Of a DNA stretch of 64,000 nucleotides, positions 30,381-44,328 are shown piece after piece; the first letter of the stretch is position 1, and every line of letters begins with the position of its first letter. The notes under the pieces were generated by a model. It was not told the DNA's origin. It saw nothing but the letters and a program-made list of their open reading frames with translations, and did no database searches. The stretch comes from Eledone cirrhosa (taxonomy: Eukaryota): contig OZ024742.1 in NCBI GenBank assembly GCA_964016885.1, forward strand, positions 98,456,001 to 98,520,000. Direction: 5' to 3'. Both the position numbers and the translations under genes were made by a program.

Positions 30381-30936
30381 GGGGTGAATTTAACCACTTC
30401 ACCCGCCACCAAATACGCAGGGCTATATGCCTTTTCTCTCTTCTAAATTTGCATGTGTTTGTACAATTAATAAGACAGGTGTGGAAATTTGCCGTCTTCA
30501 TTCAGTTTTGCATCATGTAACATGCACCGTGCATCAATAATCATCCATATGCTCCTTGCATGAAATACATTTTCATATGACACCTAAAGATTCCGCTATA
30601 TTAATGATATGACTAACAATAGACCCAAAGACAGAAACAGATAAAGAAAGACAGATATGAATAAAAAGAAAAATATTTTGAGAATGTTTTTCCCTGTGAC
30701 TTTTCCTTCGTCGTTGAACATTAAAATTTGATATTCAACATACGACATGTATATAAGCATCGCTACAAATAAGGCGCCATCCCCTAAGCATTTAACGTCA
30801 CGGTGTGCTCCAAAATGGAGGGAGTTAGTTTGAGCTTCTTCGAAAAGAAAAAATGTTTCTTACGACATACTAATGTCTCATTATTTGGCTGAGAACGTGT
30901 TATTAATTTGTTACAAATATTATACCTATATATGTA

Positions 30937-30989
<53 letters not shown>

Positions 30990-31253
30990 ACATAACGGAG
31001 TAAAGGACTCACGTGTAAACCTGTCAATGAGCTCAAAGGAAAGAGTTTTCCTGGGCACTTTAGAATACAATATAGAGAGGAGAAAACACAGGAGAGTGTA
31101 TTTTCATTACAGGATTTCAATACATGTATATACTGTATATATAACATATATATATACATGTGTATATATATAACATATATATATACATATATCCCAAGGC
31201 TCTGATACAATCAACACCATAAACACAGAGCTGGCATATCTAAGAACTGACTA

Positions 31254-31309
31254 ACTGCCTGATGAGGTCATAGCCACTCAATGGCTATCATCGAAATATA
31301 TTTAGCAGT
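31254..31309 (+). ncRNA. Type I hammerhead ribozyme
   Basis: actgc-CTGATGA-ggt c atagcca ctcaa tggctat c atc-GAAAT atat TTA-gcagt. Stem I is perfect; one mismatch in stem III. Confidence 0.7.
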
Positions 31310-31447
31310 AAATAAAGGATTATCAGTTCATGCAATTGACTTATGTTTCGTCACTACACACATATATATATATAACTCTTAACCCAGCTGTACTTTTCAT
31401 TATAGAATGTGAGAACCTGATGGAATTGAAATTTGATTGAATATATA

Positions 31448-31625
31448 ATAGTTTCTACATTTTGCAAAAGGCCAGCAATTTCAAGGGAAGGCGAAAATCG
31501 ATTAAATCGACCCCATTGCTTTAATGGTGCTTTATTTCCTCGATCCTGTAAGGATGAAAGGCAAAGCTAACTTTGGTGGGATTTGAACTCAGAACGCAAA
31601 GGGTCGTAACTCTATACCGCTGAGA
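31448..31625 (-). mobile_element. tRNA-derived SINE (same family as 21601-21970)
   Basis: aaggccagcaatt ... aggatgaaaggcaaagctaactttggtgggatttgaactcagaac. Confidence 0.75.
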
Positions 31626-31691
31626 ATGGTATATAATGTCTGTACACATTTATATAAGCTGTAAACCATATATATGTATATATATATATAA

Positions 31692-31995
31692 GCCGCCTTC
31701 GGTCAACCATGCATTTTGCACCTAGAAAATTCCTCTCTGAAGCACAAGCACGGGCAAGGTATTTCTGTGGAAGACAAACATTCGCCCAGTCGTAGTAGTT
31801 CCATGTCAACGATGTTTTCCAATAGAAAGACAAAGTGCAATGCATGTTTCAACCAATGAAATCGCAACTAATTTCTACAGCTGAGTGAACTAGAGCAACG
31901 CGATATAAAGCACTTTGCTCAACTACACACCGCATCCCCCGGTCTGAGAATCGATCCTACAACCTCACTATTGTGAATCCAACTCACTGAACACA
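31692..31995 (-). mobile_element. Second tRNA-derived SINE family
   Basis: Minus strand: tRNA-like head (gtaggatcgattctcagaccgggg), then ttgagcaaagtgctttat..gctctagttcactcagctgtagaaa body. Confidence 0.6.
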
Positions 31996-32209
31996 CACCA
32001 TCACATACATACAAATATCCACATATTTACACCTTTTCGAGATCAACAACACAACAGCAATCAATCAATACGTGTAGTTATTGGGTTACGTAAACTTGCG
32101 ATATTAGTGCATCTTCTCTTGCATGTCTTGTTTGCAGGTGATTCTATTGTTATCGGAAAAAACATATGTCTCTCTTAACTGGCACTTGCATACATACATA
32201 ATATATATA

Positions 32210-32267
<58 letters not shown>

Positions 32268-32647
32268 TGTGTGTGCGCGTGCGTGTGTGTGAATGTGTTT
32301 GTGTGTGTGTGTTTGTGTATGTATGTGTGTGTGTAGGGAAAGCTTGCGGGAGCGGCAGACTCTACCCTCCTGTCGCGGACAGAATGGTGAAAGCACTGCT
32401 AACAACCGCTGCAACAGCAAGTTCACCTCACAGAGATCTATCCTTAAGCGGCATTCACTACTACTAATTGTGTGTAGGAAAAAAAGCATTTTCCGGACAG
32501 AGGACACTACAGGTCTCGATGGAAACCGACACGAAATTGAATAAGTCGATTAAGTCCTGACATTTGGGTACCTTCTTAATTTTCTTCCTTACTCCCTTCA
32601 TTACTCCCTTCCTTCTTTCTTCCTTCTTCTTTCGCATTATATTTCTA

Positions 32648-32833
32648 TGGATTGGCAGTATCGGTAGAGAGTCGGACGCTATGCTTTGCAGCATAGAGTT
32701 ACGGCCCTCTACAGTCTGTTTTCAAATCCTACCGAGGTTAACTCTGCCCTTCATCTTTACGGGGTTGATAAAATAAAGTACCAGTAATGCATTGGGTAAT
32801 TGTTGGCCTCGTGCCAAAAGTAGTAACAATTAT
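32648..32833 (+). mobile_element. tRNA-derived SINE (same family as 21786-21970)
   Basis: ggattggcagtatcggtagagagtcggacgctatgctttgcagcatag...ggggttgataaaataaagtaccagtaatgcattggg. Confidence 0.85.
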
Positions 32834-33295
32834 ATTTCTATGTCACATTGTTTTCCCTTCCATCGTTTTCTTTTTCGTTTCACCCCTCCTCTCTTTCTTT
32901 CCAATCCTTTTACTTTCCATGTATGCAGATTTTCCTTCCTTTAATTTTTTTCACTGAGCTTTATATTCTTTATTCTTTTTCTTATTCTATTTTCATTTCT
33001 TCCATTAAGTCTACATGCATTTCTTCACAGTTTATTTCATTTCATTTTTCGAATTTTTTGTTTTATCTATTGTTTATTTAAATTATCTTATATATTCCTT
33101 TGTGTATTTTTATATTTGTCATCAATTATTTCCACACAAATGTCTTCCCTGTTCGGGAATTTTACAAATATTTCCTACTCCTTCCTTCTTCTACCATGTA
33201 GCATGGCCTAACGCCTAAAACGCCCTCTCCACAATCATAAGGTTCCGAGTCCGATATTTCAACGCAAGCACAAATATACGTGTACGCAGACATGC

Positions 33296-33515
33296 ACATA
33301 GAAACTACTACACACATACACATATACAAGTAAGTACATATACGCATACATATAGAAACTACTACACACATACACATATACAAGTAAGTACATATACGCA
33401 TACATATAGAAACTACTACACACATACACATATACAAGTAAGTACATATACGCATACATATAGAAACTACTACACACATACACATATACAAGTAAGTACA
33501 TATACGCATACATAT
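33296..33515. repeat. 54-bp minisatellite, 4 copies
   Basis: gaaactacta starts at 33301, 33355, 33409 and 33463. Confidence 0.92.
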
Positions 33516-34947
33516 ACACGCATATATATACGCACATACATGCACACATACATACATTTACAGGCACATACTTTGTTCCATTTTCTGTCTTTCCTTGATC
33601 ACCTCTTTCTGGATATACTCAAACACACTATAAGGTACACACACATACACTTTCCCAGGCTCTGTCTTTTACACATGCATCACAGGCACATAAAAAAATC
33701 GTACACACAGCCATGCACACGCATTCATACACATATTTCACAGACATACACCTATATATTCACCCACCGTCCCCATCACGCTCACAAAAGTGAAATAGAA
33801 AAATCATTTTCAGAAATACGTGTTTCCATTCTCTCTTTCAACAGCACAACCCCTAATACTACCACCATCATCACCAAAATTATCACCATCACCACCACTA
33901 CAAATAACAGCAACACCACAACCAACATCATTACCACCACTACCCTCACAACTCTCACCGTCACCATCATTACTCGTTCCCCCACTATCACTGCTGTTAA
34001 CACCAGTAAGCCAACACGGCAACACTCCCAATAACCATATTCACCACCAACACCACAGCGACCAACGACGTCGCCGCACCGCCGCCACTACCCCCACTAC
34101 CACCACCAACAACAACAACTAGTCAGATTTTAGTCATTGTCAGACGCCTTAATTGGCTGTTCACAAACTTTCTCTTCTGCAATTCCAACGCATTCCACAA
34201 TGCATGAATGACCCAATGAAAGCCTCACATCTTCATAGACTTTCAAAGTGCGTGTTTGCCGGCTGATTGGTTGGTCGACAAGTTGGCCGGCTTTGTGGCA
34301 GATCTACTGCTGGCTGACTGTCTGCTGGCGGTTTCTGAAGGGTGCTTAATGTTTCTCTTACCACCGGCACTTCCCCCCACTACACAAAGAACAATATTTT
34401 TAGAAATATCTCTTGCAGTGTACCTACCTTTTAATCGTCAACGTGTGTGTTTGTTGCTTGGTTGGCTGGTGTGTTTGTTTGGTAGCCGAGTCACTGTCTA
34501 GCTCACTGGTCTGTAGGTTCTGTGGCTGATTACATCCTTAAGGGTCCTTTCCTTATCACTGTCCCCCACACATAGAACAAATTTTCAAGAAACATCTCTT
34601 GCAGCATACCGTCGCTGACATAACTAAACACATGTGATCGAAAGGCCACTTCTTATTAAAGACAGGGACTTCGGAGTTAATCGAAGCGTCACCGAATTAA
34701 CTTGGACGTGCTTTTAATGATGAATGAGAGTGCTGTTGAAATCGGTCATTGCTTTTATCCAGTAGCATCTCAGAAAAAATATAATATGTAAGAAATGAAT
34801 ATTATTGATTTTTTTTTTACCTTACTAACTCGGAGTTTCGAGTCATAATTAGTTGTGAAACATCGTGCAACTAAGGGTTAATCCGTAGCTTGATTTGTCT
34901 TGCATATATTTAACTAAATCACTACATATGTGTATATATATATATAT

Positions 34948-35760
34948 ATGGTGGCTGCCAACTCGTTTTCGAGTACGGCCGCTACTTTATACCCATGAAG
35001 GAGTACCCCTACCGATGCGCTGAAATAGTGTGACTTTTTAGTCCAGCCAGCGACTTGAAAACTCTGGTACAAACACTACACTTGTGACAATTATTGACAC
35101 ATAGTGCTGGGCCCATGGTACCATGTGACGACAAGTGCAGAGAGATCTCCAGATATAAAGCAATGCCTGTGCCGTGAAACATTTATAGTGAGCAAAGGCA
35201 CTGCACAAAGCCAGCCCCACTCTCTTAACCAAGATGATATTTACCAAAAAGAAGAACAAGTCAACATCATTGGATACCATCAGGGTTGCAGGTGTTATAT
35301 CAGAGTTTACCTTCTCCTAGAATTCTGCCTTGACAAAGGCTAATGGGTCATCTCTCCCGGTGATTTGGGATGGCCATTGACTCTTAAGAGCTCCTTCGCC
35401 CTTTGACAGGTTTTGCTTTTAGTCCTGCAGGATGTCCAAAGTCACCCTCCTCACCAAGAAACCTTGGAAGGGTTACCAGTTTAATCGCCAACGACCCGAC
35501 CATGGGACAGGTTTTACTGGGATACATGTGTCAGTAGCACCAACTGGTGACCTGACAAACATATACATACATATATATATGTATGTTTGTATGTATGCAT
35601 GTATGTATGTCAATAATTGTCACAAGTGTAGTGTTTGTACCAGAGTTTTCAAGTCACTGGGTGTACTAAAAAGTCACACTCGTTCAGCGCATCGGTAGGG
35701 GTTCTCCTACATGGATATAAAGTAGTGGCCGTACTCGAAAACGAGTTGGCAGCCACCATA
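34948..35760. mobile_element. ~810-bp element with ~150-bp terminal inverted repeats enclosing an RTE-like 5' region
   Basis: 34948-35099 is the reverse complement of 35608-35760. The interior minus strand has ctaggagaaggtaaactctga, which I recall from RTE 5' regions. Flanked by (TA)n. Confidence 0.7.
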
Positions 35761-36563
<803 letters not shown>

Positions 36564-36602
36564 ATAATATAAGATCAAAAGATGGTTAAAGGAGTTCCAT
36601 GT

Positions 36603-36671
36603 ACTTTATTATGCGCATTTCAAAAACAAACATCATCATGTAATAATATTTGTGTTTTCATCAGATAAAAC
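36603..36671 (-). ncRNA. Hammerhead ribozyme of the PLE pLTR
   Basis: Minus strand: gttttat-CTGATGA-long stem II-GAAAT gcgc ATA-ataaagt. Confidence 0.82.
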
Positions 36672-37701
36672 AGGAGAACATGATATGAAGGCTAAAAAAC
36701 ACTTGTGGTTAGTGCAGTTTTAAATCAACATATGAAAAGTGGTTTTAGATTGATGTGTGATATTGGGAAAAATATTTTATTTAGAGAGGGGGGTGGGTGG
36801 AAAGGATGAAAAAGGGGAGGAGATGAGAGGGAGAGATGGGTGATAGAGAGAAAGAGATAGTTTTTATAACTGAGAGGAGATATATTGTTTTACATAGAGA
36901 GGTTGAAAACCGTTGGAAGATAATGTATAAATTTAAAAAATTTGAAAATTAACGAAAGGAGGATATGTGCGAGGAAAAAGTATTTTATTTAGGGAGGGGG
37001 TGTGGAAAGGATGAAAAAAAGGGGGAGGAGATGAGAGTGAAGGTGGAGAGGGAGAGATGGGTGATAGAGAGAAAGAGATAGTTTTTATAACTGAGAGAAA
37101 GATATATTGTTTTACATAGAGAGAGGTTGAGAACCGTTGGAAGATAATGTATAAATTAAAGGAATTTGAAAATTAACGAAGGGAATTTATGTATGAAGAT
37201 AGAGAGAAGAAATAATAATTGTGGATGAATATTCTAACATCAAAAAAGGGTATGTTGATAAGTATTGTGGCAATTTCAAAATTAACGAAGAGAAAAATTA
37301 TTAAGGTTTGTGTGTAGAAGGATTTGAGAAAAATAATGTGAAGTTAAAGTTTGTATATTGGAGGAATTGATAATATATGCGAATAAAGAGTTAGTATGTA
37401 TTAAGAATGAGTTCGTTGATGGGGAGAAAAAAATAATAAATTAAGGATGAAATTGAGATTAAAAAGATTTATGATAGAGAGAAAAAAATAATGATTGCGG
37501 ATGAATATTCTAACGTCAAAAAACAGATGTATATGTTATGAAGGATTTTACAAGGTGAAGATAGAATGAGGGTAATGAGTAAACAGGTATTATAGAGTGT
37601 ATAATGCCCTTTAAAGTATGGTAGGAATATGGGTATATTTTAAAGAAGTGTATGTATATGTGCCTTTGAGAAAAGATTCTAAATTGATAAAGAATTGAAT
37701 A

Positions 37702-39487
37702 TTAACTGTATACTTTGTGAAAAGTTCTATGGAATTTATGCAGGCAGATAGAAAACAAATCTGTACGTCTATTTATTATAGGATCTAGGTTAGAGATAAT
37801 GGTAAATTTTTCATTTAGGCAGAGATTACAGATTTTAGATAGAGAGCTGTTCAAGTATGAGGATGCAGAAGAAACCTTCTTCCAAAAGATGGTATATTTA
37901 ATGTTTTTGTCTTTTAAGGACCATATGAGAGCAGTGTTGGTTCTTTTAAGTTTGTATTTGAAAGATGTATTTGAAAGATGAATGATGATTATAGAGACGA
38001 GCTTTAAAAGAGGTGGAAGTGGAGCCAAAATAGGTGAAGGAATTGGTGCTAGTTATAATTTTACATTCATAAATTAAGTTTTTATCGAGACAATGGTTGT
38101 TGAGAGGACATTTATTTTTAATGCGGCAGTTGCAATTAGAGAGATTATTAATGAGTGACCTAGTGTTATCTATAGAAGGAATTGGATTGGAGAAGTTGTT
38201 TGCGATAGGAATAATAGGAATAATAGTTTCTTGATTTAGAGTTGGATTATGAACATTTAGCGAAGTTGTGTTTGACGTTGTATTTGGGTTTACAGAAGTT
38301 AGCCTAGGGTTTACAATGACGTCGGGAGTACTATTACTGTTATTATGAAATTCAATGTTGGAAGGAAGAGATTTAGTATTTAGTATTTTATTGTTGTGTT
38401 TAGAGATGATGTTGGAAATATTGGAGGATGTGGAATAAGAAAATTTGATGGTGTGTTTGTTAAATATTTTACTATAGATATGTGAGGGAGGGAAGCATTT
38501 ATTTAAGGCACTAAAAAATAATTTAGGAATATTGTTATTAATAGAGATGGAGAAAGGAGCATTATACCAGATTATGTTTTTGTATCTAGGTCTTTTATCA
38601 AAATTATTGGAATGATCATGATTAATTATTCTACTGTAAGTTTTTCTAGAATTTGTTTCTTTACTATATTTGATTTTATCTGGATAGCCGGCTTTAGAAA
38701 GTGCGTTATTATAGTAATTGGCGTTAGCATCAAAGATGTTTTTATTAGAGGATATGTTAGATATTCTTTTTCCAATATTACTAACTATAGCATTCTTGAT
38801 ATTGGTAGGATGGTTAGATTTAAAGTTAACATAATTTAGGTTCTCATTGTTTTTATGGTAAGGGTAATATAGGCCAGTGTCAAGATTAAGAGATACATCC
38901 AAGAAATTAGCTAGTTTGATACTATTATCAAATTCAATTTTTAGGTTATGTTGGTTAAAGAGATTACGTATATTGTTCTTAATAATATTAAGGTTAACTA
39001 TATTGCAATTTAGGATAGTAAAGAGTCCATCGTCACGATAAATTCCACCGCGAAGTTGAGGAATTTTCCGACTCAAAGAGTTCAAAATGAAGATACCAAT
39101 TAAATCAGTCAATTGGGATGAATCGGATGCTCCCATTGTGATGTCGAAGTTGTTAGAGGTATCGGCTCTGGTCCAATATTCGTTGTTGAACTCTAGGATG
39201 GTTTTACGTGCAGTGAGGATGATGTGAAGTTCATCTGTGGTGATGTCAGAATATTTAAGTGCGAAAGATAGAGCATTATTGAGAAGTAAAGGCGAAATGG
39301 AGGAATAGTAGCTGGCAATATCAAATTGAATACATTTTAGTTTGTTTTTATTATCCAATTTGTTGAACCAGCCAATCACCTCAGAAGTACCAAACCATAA
39401 ATTTAGGTTCAAAGAAGAGCAATTAGAACTAACCTGTGGGATAATTCTATCCAAGATTGCTTTACTAACAACCCCCAGATCAGATTT
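37702..39487 (-). pseudogene. PLE polyprotein: reverse transcriptase + GIY-YIG endonuclease; 5'-truncated, frameshifted in the EN
   Basis: RT motifs QFDIASYYSSI, FDITMGASDS, GIYRDDGL and FLDVSLNL. EN region CNCRIKNKCPLNNHC, LIYECKI..TYFGST..FKARLYNH. After the frameshift: CNLCLNEK and SICLH. The frame is open up to the inversion junction (KSDLGVVSKAILD), so there is no true start codon. Confidence 0.93.
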
Positions 39488-39874
39488 TTGTCTCGATAAA
39501 AACTTAATTTATGAATGTAAAATTATAACTAGCACCAATTCCTTCACCTATTTTGGCTCCACTTCCACCTCTTTTAAAGCTCGTCTCTATAATCATCATT
39601 CATCTTTCAAATACATCTTTCAAATATAAACTTAAAAGAACCAACACTGCTCTCATATGGTCCTTAAAAGACAAAAACATTAAATATACCATCTTTTGGA
39701 AGAAGGTTTCTTCTGCATCCTCATACTTGAACAGCTCTCTGTCTAAAATCTGTAATCTCTGCCTAAATGAAAAATTTACCATTATCTCTAACCTAGATTC
39801 TATCTAGACGTACAGATTTGTTTTCTATCTGCCTGCATAAATTCCATAGAACTTTTCACAAAGTATACAGTTAA
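39488..39874 (+). pseudogene. Inverted duplicate of the GIY-YIG coding segment
   Basis: Same peptide CLDKNLIYECKI...CNLCLNEK on the plus strand, with the same 13-bp duplication plus a small extra deletion. Confidence 0.9.
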
Positions 39875-40896
39875 TATTCAATTCTTTATCAATTTAGAAT
39901 CTTTTCTCAAAGGCACATATACATACACCTCTTTAAAATATACCCATCTTCCTACCATACTTTAAAGGGCATTATACACTCTATAATACTTGTTTACTCA
40001 TTACCCTCATTCTATCTTCACCTTGTAAAATCCTTCATAATATATACATCTGTTTTTTGACGTTAGAATATTCATCCGCAATCATTATTTTTTTCTCTCT
40101 ATCATAAATCTTTTTAATCTCAATTTCATCCTTAATTTATTATTTTTTTCTCCCCATCAACGAACTCATTCTTAATACATATTAACTCTTTATTCGCATA
40201 TATTATCAATTCCTCCAATATACAAACTTTAACTTCACATTATTTTTCTCAAATCCTTCTACACACAAACCTTAATAATTTTTCTCTTCGTTAATTTTGA
40301 AATTGCCACAATACTTATCAACATACCCTTTTTTGATGTTAGAATATTCATCCACAATTATTATTTCTTCTCTCTATCTTCATACATAAATTCCCTTCGT
40401 TAATTTTCAAATTCCTTTAATTTATACATTATCTTCCAACGGTTCTCAACCTCTCTCTATGTAAAACAATATATCTTTCTCTCAGTTATAAAAACTATCT
40501 CTTTCTCTCTATCACCCATCTCTCCCTCTCCACCTTCACTCTCATCTCCTCCCCCTTTTTTTCATCCTTTCCACACCCCCTCCCTAAATAAAATACTTTT
40601 TCCTCGCACATATCCTCCTTTCGTTAATTTTCAATTTTTTTTAATTTATACATTATCTTCCAGCGGTTTTCAACCTCTCTATGTAAAACAATATATCTCC
40701 TCTCAGTTATAAAAACTATCTCTTTCTCTCTATCACCCATCTCTCCCTCTCATCTCCTCTCCTTTTTCATCCTCCCCCCCCCCTCTCTAAATAAAATATT
40801 TTTCCCAATATCACACATCAATCTAAAACCACTTTTCATATGTTGATTTAAAACTGCACTATCCACAAGTGTTTTTTAGCCTACATATCATGTTCT

Positions 40897-40965
40897 GTTT
40901 TATCTGATGAAAACACAAATATTATTGCATGATGATGTTTGTTTTTGAAATGCGCATAATAAAAT
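40897..40965 (+). ncRNA. Hammerhead ribozyme of the inverted pLTR
   Basis: gttttat-CTGATGA-aaac acaaatattatt gcat gatgatgtttgt tttt-GAAAT gcgc ATA-ataaaat. Stem III is the palindrome atgcgcat. Confidence 0.85.
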
Positions 40966-41167
40966 ACATGGAACTCCTTTAACCATCTTTTGATCTTATA
41001 TTATGTATACTCCAGTCCTACAAACTGTAGAGTGCTTCCTATCCGATATCTGCATTGCTTTATTGTACTACAATAAAACTCACCTCCTACATTATATAAA
41101 CATATATATATATATATATATATATATACAAATATATATACCTATATATATACATATATATATATAC

Positions 41168-41299
<132 letters not shown>

Positions 41300-41508
41300 T
41301 ATATATATATATATATAAAAAAAATGTGGTCGTTCTGACTGCTGCTAGTTATAGTGGTAGCCGACTGACCTCCCTGCCTCTGATCTATCTTTGCACTCGG
41401 CCTTTGAAAAAATTGATTCCACTTCATTTACTCTCATCTCGGGAACAATTTTGAATAGCGCCATTTCGTAATTTAAATTCGAGAATTTTATATTCTTCGA
41501 ATGTAAAG

Positions 41509-41594
41509 TACCTTCTGACGAGAATCTTTCTTTGCAACGAAGGCCGTATGGACTCCATTTATTTTTGAGATTCGAAACCGATTCGGTAAAGGTA
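41509..41594 (+). ncRNA. Canonical-core type I hammerhead ribozyme
   Basis: tacctt-CTGACGA-gaatct...agattc-GAAAC cga t tcg GTA-aaggta. Stems I and II are perfect at the base, with G10.1-C11.1. Confidence 0.85.
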
Positions 41595-41926
41595 ACTATA
41601 GTAAGTAATGTTAATTTTTTAAAATTTATTTTGAAACTTTTTCCTTATTTGCTCAACCTTGATTATATATATGTATATATATATATATATATATTAGTAG
41701 AAACTGGTGGGTTATATCCCCAGTAGAAGAGCACTCTGTCCACCGGACGATTTCGGTAGATGTAATTCCAACAACAATTAATCCACCATTTTCGAGAACA
41801 ATTTGTTTCACCTTAGAAGAATCATCCGTCTAAGGTGAAAATGAGAATTAAAAAAGGGATTCGAAATGCGCGCACCTGGTATATGTATATATATATAGTT
41901 ATGTAATAAACAACATAAGATAATTA

Positions 41927-41986
41927 TTTCATTTACCAGTGGTTTCTTGAAAGCAAACAAATCTGCTTTCAGTCGTCAGAATGAAA
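41927..41986 (-). ncRNA. Type I hammerhead ribozyme
   Basis: Minus strand: tttcatt-CTGACGA-ct gaaagcaga tttg tttgctttc aa-GAAAC cactg GTA-aatgaaa. Confidence 0.82.
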
Positions 41987-42093
41987 AAAGTCCTGCTGTT
42001 TTTATTGAATGTGGATTTGAAAATAAAAATATAAGAAATATGGAAATGAGGCTTAGGGAAGAAGAAACAAAGATTATAAATATATAAGTATAT

Positions 42094-42177
<84 letters not shown>

Positions 42178-42504
42178 GCGCGCGCCGACACGCACACGCA
42201 CACGCACACACATACACACATATATATATATATATGTATATATATATAAAAACATACATACACATAAATACACAAACATATATATATATATATATACACA
42301 CACACATACATACATATATACAGACACACACATAATTATAAAAATAAACAAACATATACACACTCGACCATATTGACTTATATTCCCCGTACTTTCTACC
42401 TTACCCTTTACATTACCCCCCTTTTTTTATACATAGATATATATTTCTGTGTGTATGTATGTATGTGTATGTGTATGTATGTATAGATATATTATATATG
42501 TACT

Positions 42505-42564
42505 TTTCATTCTGACGACTAAAAGCAGATTTGTTTGCTTTCAAGAAACCACTGGTAAGTGAAA
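42505..42564 (+). ncRNA. Type I hammerhead ribozyme (inverted partner of 41927-41986)
   Basis: tttcattCTGACGActaaaagcagatttgtttgctttcaaGAAACcactgGTAagtgaaa. Confidence 0.8.
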
Positions 42565-42788
42565 TAATTATCTTATGTTGTTTATTACATAACTAATAAG
42601 CTCTGTAACCTACATAGAGCACCCTTTTTTCCTGGACCTTTGCGACGGAATTACTTCATATATATATATATAAAGATTATCTTAATGAAGCTTGCTTTCT
42701 CCGTTTTTAGGTTTTCAAAGCATTTCTTCAGACACCTTTCGTTCAGACTCCTACATTCTGTTTTACAATTGTATGGCTTGGGTCGCTT

Positions 42789-42828
<40 letters not shown>

Positions 42829-43347
42829 AATATATATCTCCAATGGATTTTCCACCAACAAAATGGCTTGACTATGGAAGCTAACAGAGAAAATATATAG
42901 ATAATAAATACAATGTAAATAAAAGATATACCAAACTTGAATACGGTCATGCTGTTAATATAACACACACAGACATACACACAGGCACACATACACCCAC
43001 AGACATACACACAGGCACACATACAACCACAGACATACACACACGCACACATACACACAGACATACACACGCACGCATACACACATATATATATATATGT
43101 GTATATATATAGAGAGAATGTTTAAGTATCGTGAGAGAGAGGAGGCGGTTTAAAGTGATAAGCGATACATATAGTTAGTTGCCAAAAGGTTGTGCATTTG
43201 TGCTCAATACTTGTGCCTACAGGGTTAAATATTGGAAGCGTTAATATTTAGCGGGCGAGAAAATAAGTAGAGCGGTTACAAATGAAAGGATTACAAAGGA
43301 GAATATATACTGTTAGGACATGTTTATATAAAAGCACCTACATCAGC

Positions 43348-43499
43348 TTCTCCACACACTGGGAAATTGTCAGCAGAGCAGCACCATACAATTTCATGAG
43401 CTCTGCCTCATGGAACTTTACCATATCATAAGTGCACCCCTCGAGATCATCAACAACAGAGCAGAATCGGTGATAAACTGCAGACACAAATTACAGTAG
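43348..43499 (+). pseudogene. GIY-YIG C-terminal fragment (Naiad-like)
   Basis: FSTHWEIVSRAAPYN/(frameshift)ELCLMELYHIISAPLEIINNRAESVINCRHKLQ*, which aligns with IFWKKVSSASSY..CNLCLNEKFTIISNLDPIINRRTDLFSICLHK of the large PLE. Confidence 0.75.
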
Positions 43500-43858
43500 T
43501 CTTTTTTCGGGTGGAAATTGACAGAGACCCAAAATCCATAAACTGTGTCTCCCTGCACCAAACCATAACACTCCGCTGGGTAGGCTGCGCAAATAAACCT
43601 CTGTACACCAACTATGCATCTCAGACCCTGCCTGAATTGACAATAGTAAAGTAGCACTCACAAATTAGTAATGGAAAACCACCATCATGTGAACGGGTAA
43701 TAAGCCCTTTGGGGACGACTATTCAAACACCGGCCAGAGTTACTCCCCTTGTTCTGTGTCAATACCAACATGTATGTTTGAACTAAGAATGAAATTTGAT
43801 GTATGTATCACTTTAAAACCCCTTCTGTGTCCTGTACTGAACACTCTGTAGTTTTCTA

Positions 43859-43899
43859 TGCCCTTGAGAAGCCCTTTTTGGGCGAAACGTACGTAGGTA
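43859..43899 (+). ncRNA. Hammerhead-like motif with variant core (CUUGAGAA)
   Basis: tgcc-CTTGAGAA-gccc ttttt gggc-GAAAC gtac GTA-ggta. Stem III is the palindrome acgtacgt. Confidence 0.6.
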
Positions 43900-43953
43900 C
43901 TTTTATATAAACATGTTCTGACCGTATATATTCTCCTTTGTAATCCTTTCATT

Positions 43954-44010
<57 letters not shown>

Positions 44011-44056
44011 GAAATGACAGGAGGCTGGATTTGTGTAAGTCCTTGAAAGGTTTATT

Positions 44057-44114
44057 ATACTATGATCATTTCAATGACCGGGTTCCGTATGAATCCGGTG
44101 ATATCATCAGGTAT
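44057..44114 (-). ncRNA. Type I hammerhead ribozyme
   Basis: Reverse complement of 44271-44328. Confidence 0.75.
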
Positions 44115-44270
44115 TCGAAATATAATACGTGAATGTAATAGATAAAATCCATGGAGCTGAAAATCGAGGGCGACCGGCTGAGGTTGAAGGAACAGAATAG
44201 CGGTCGCCCTCGGGTCCTCGATTTTCAGCCCCATGAATTTTATCTATTACATTCACGTATTATATTTCGA

Positions 44271-44328
44271 ATACCTGATGATATCACCGGATTCATACGG
44301 AACCCGGTCATTGAAATGATCATAGTAT
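44271..44328 (+). ncRNA. Type I hammerhead ribozyme
   Basis: atac-CTGATGA-tatc accgg attcatacggaac ccggt catt-GAAAT gatc ATA-gtat. Stem III is the palindrome atgatcat. Confidence 0.75.

Larger units (their letters stand above)
41896..42640. mobile_element. PLE fold-back with ~95-bp inverted arms around a microsatellite core
   Basis: 41896-41990 vs 42503-42595. Tail aagctctgtaacctacatagagcac. Confidence 0.8.
43130..43956 (+). mobile_element. Second Naiad-like PLE remnant: inverted pLTR end + EN C-terminus + 3' UTR/pLTR
   Basis: 43280-43341 is inverted relative to 43893-43955. 43348-43499 encodes the EN tail. HHR variant at 43859. Confidence 0.75.

Noticed and set aside
33296-33515. Regularly spaced repeats, superficially CRISPR-like
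   Set aside because: Contiguous identical 54-bp units with no spacers, in a eukaryotic context.
43680-43730. Possible SECIS element downstream of the Naiad-like EN
   Set aside because: Spacing and helix do not fit the SECIS consensus, and no in-frame UGA was seen at Cys positions.
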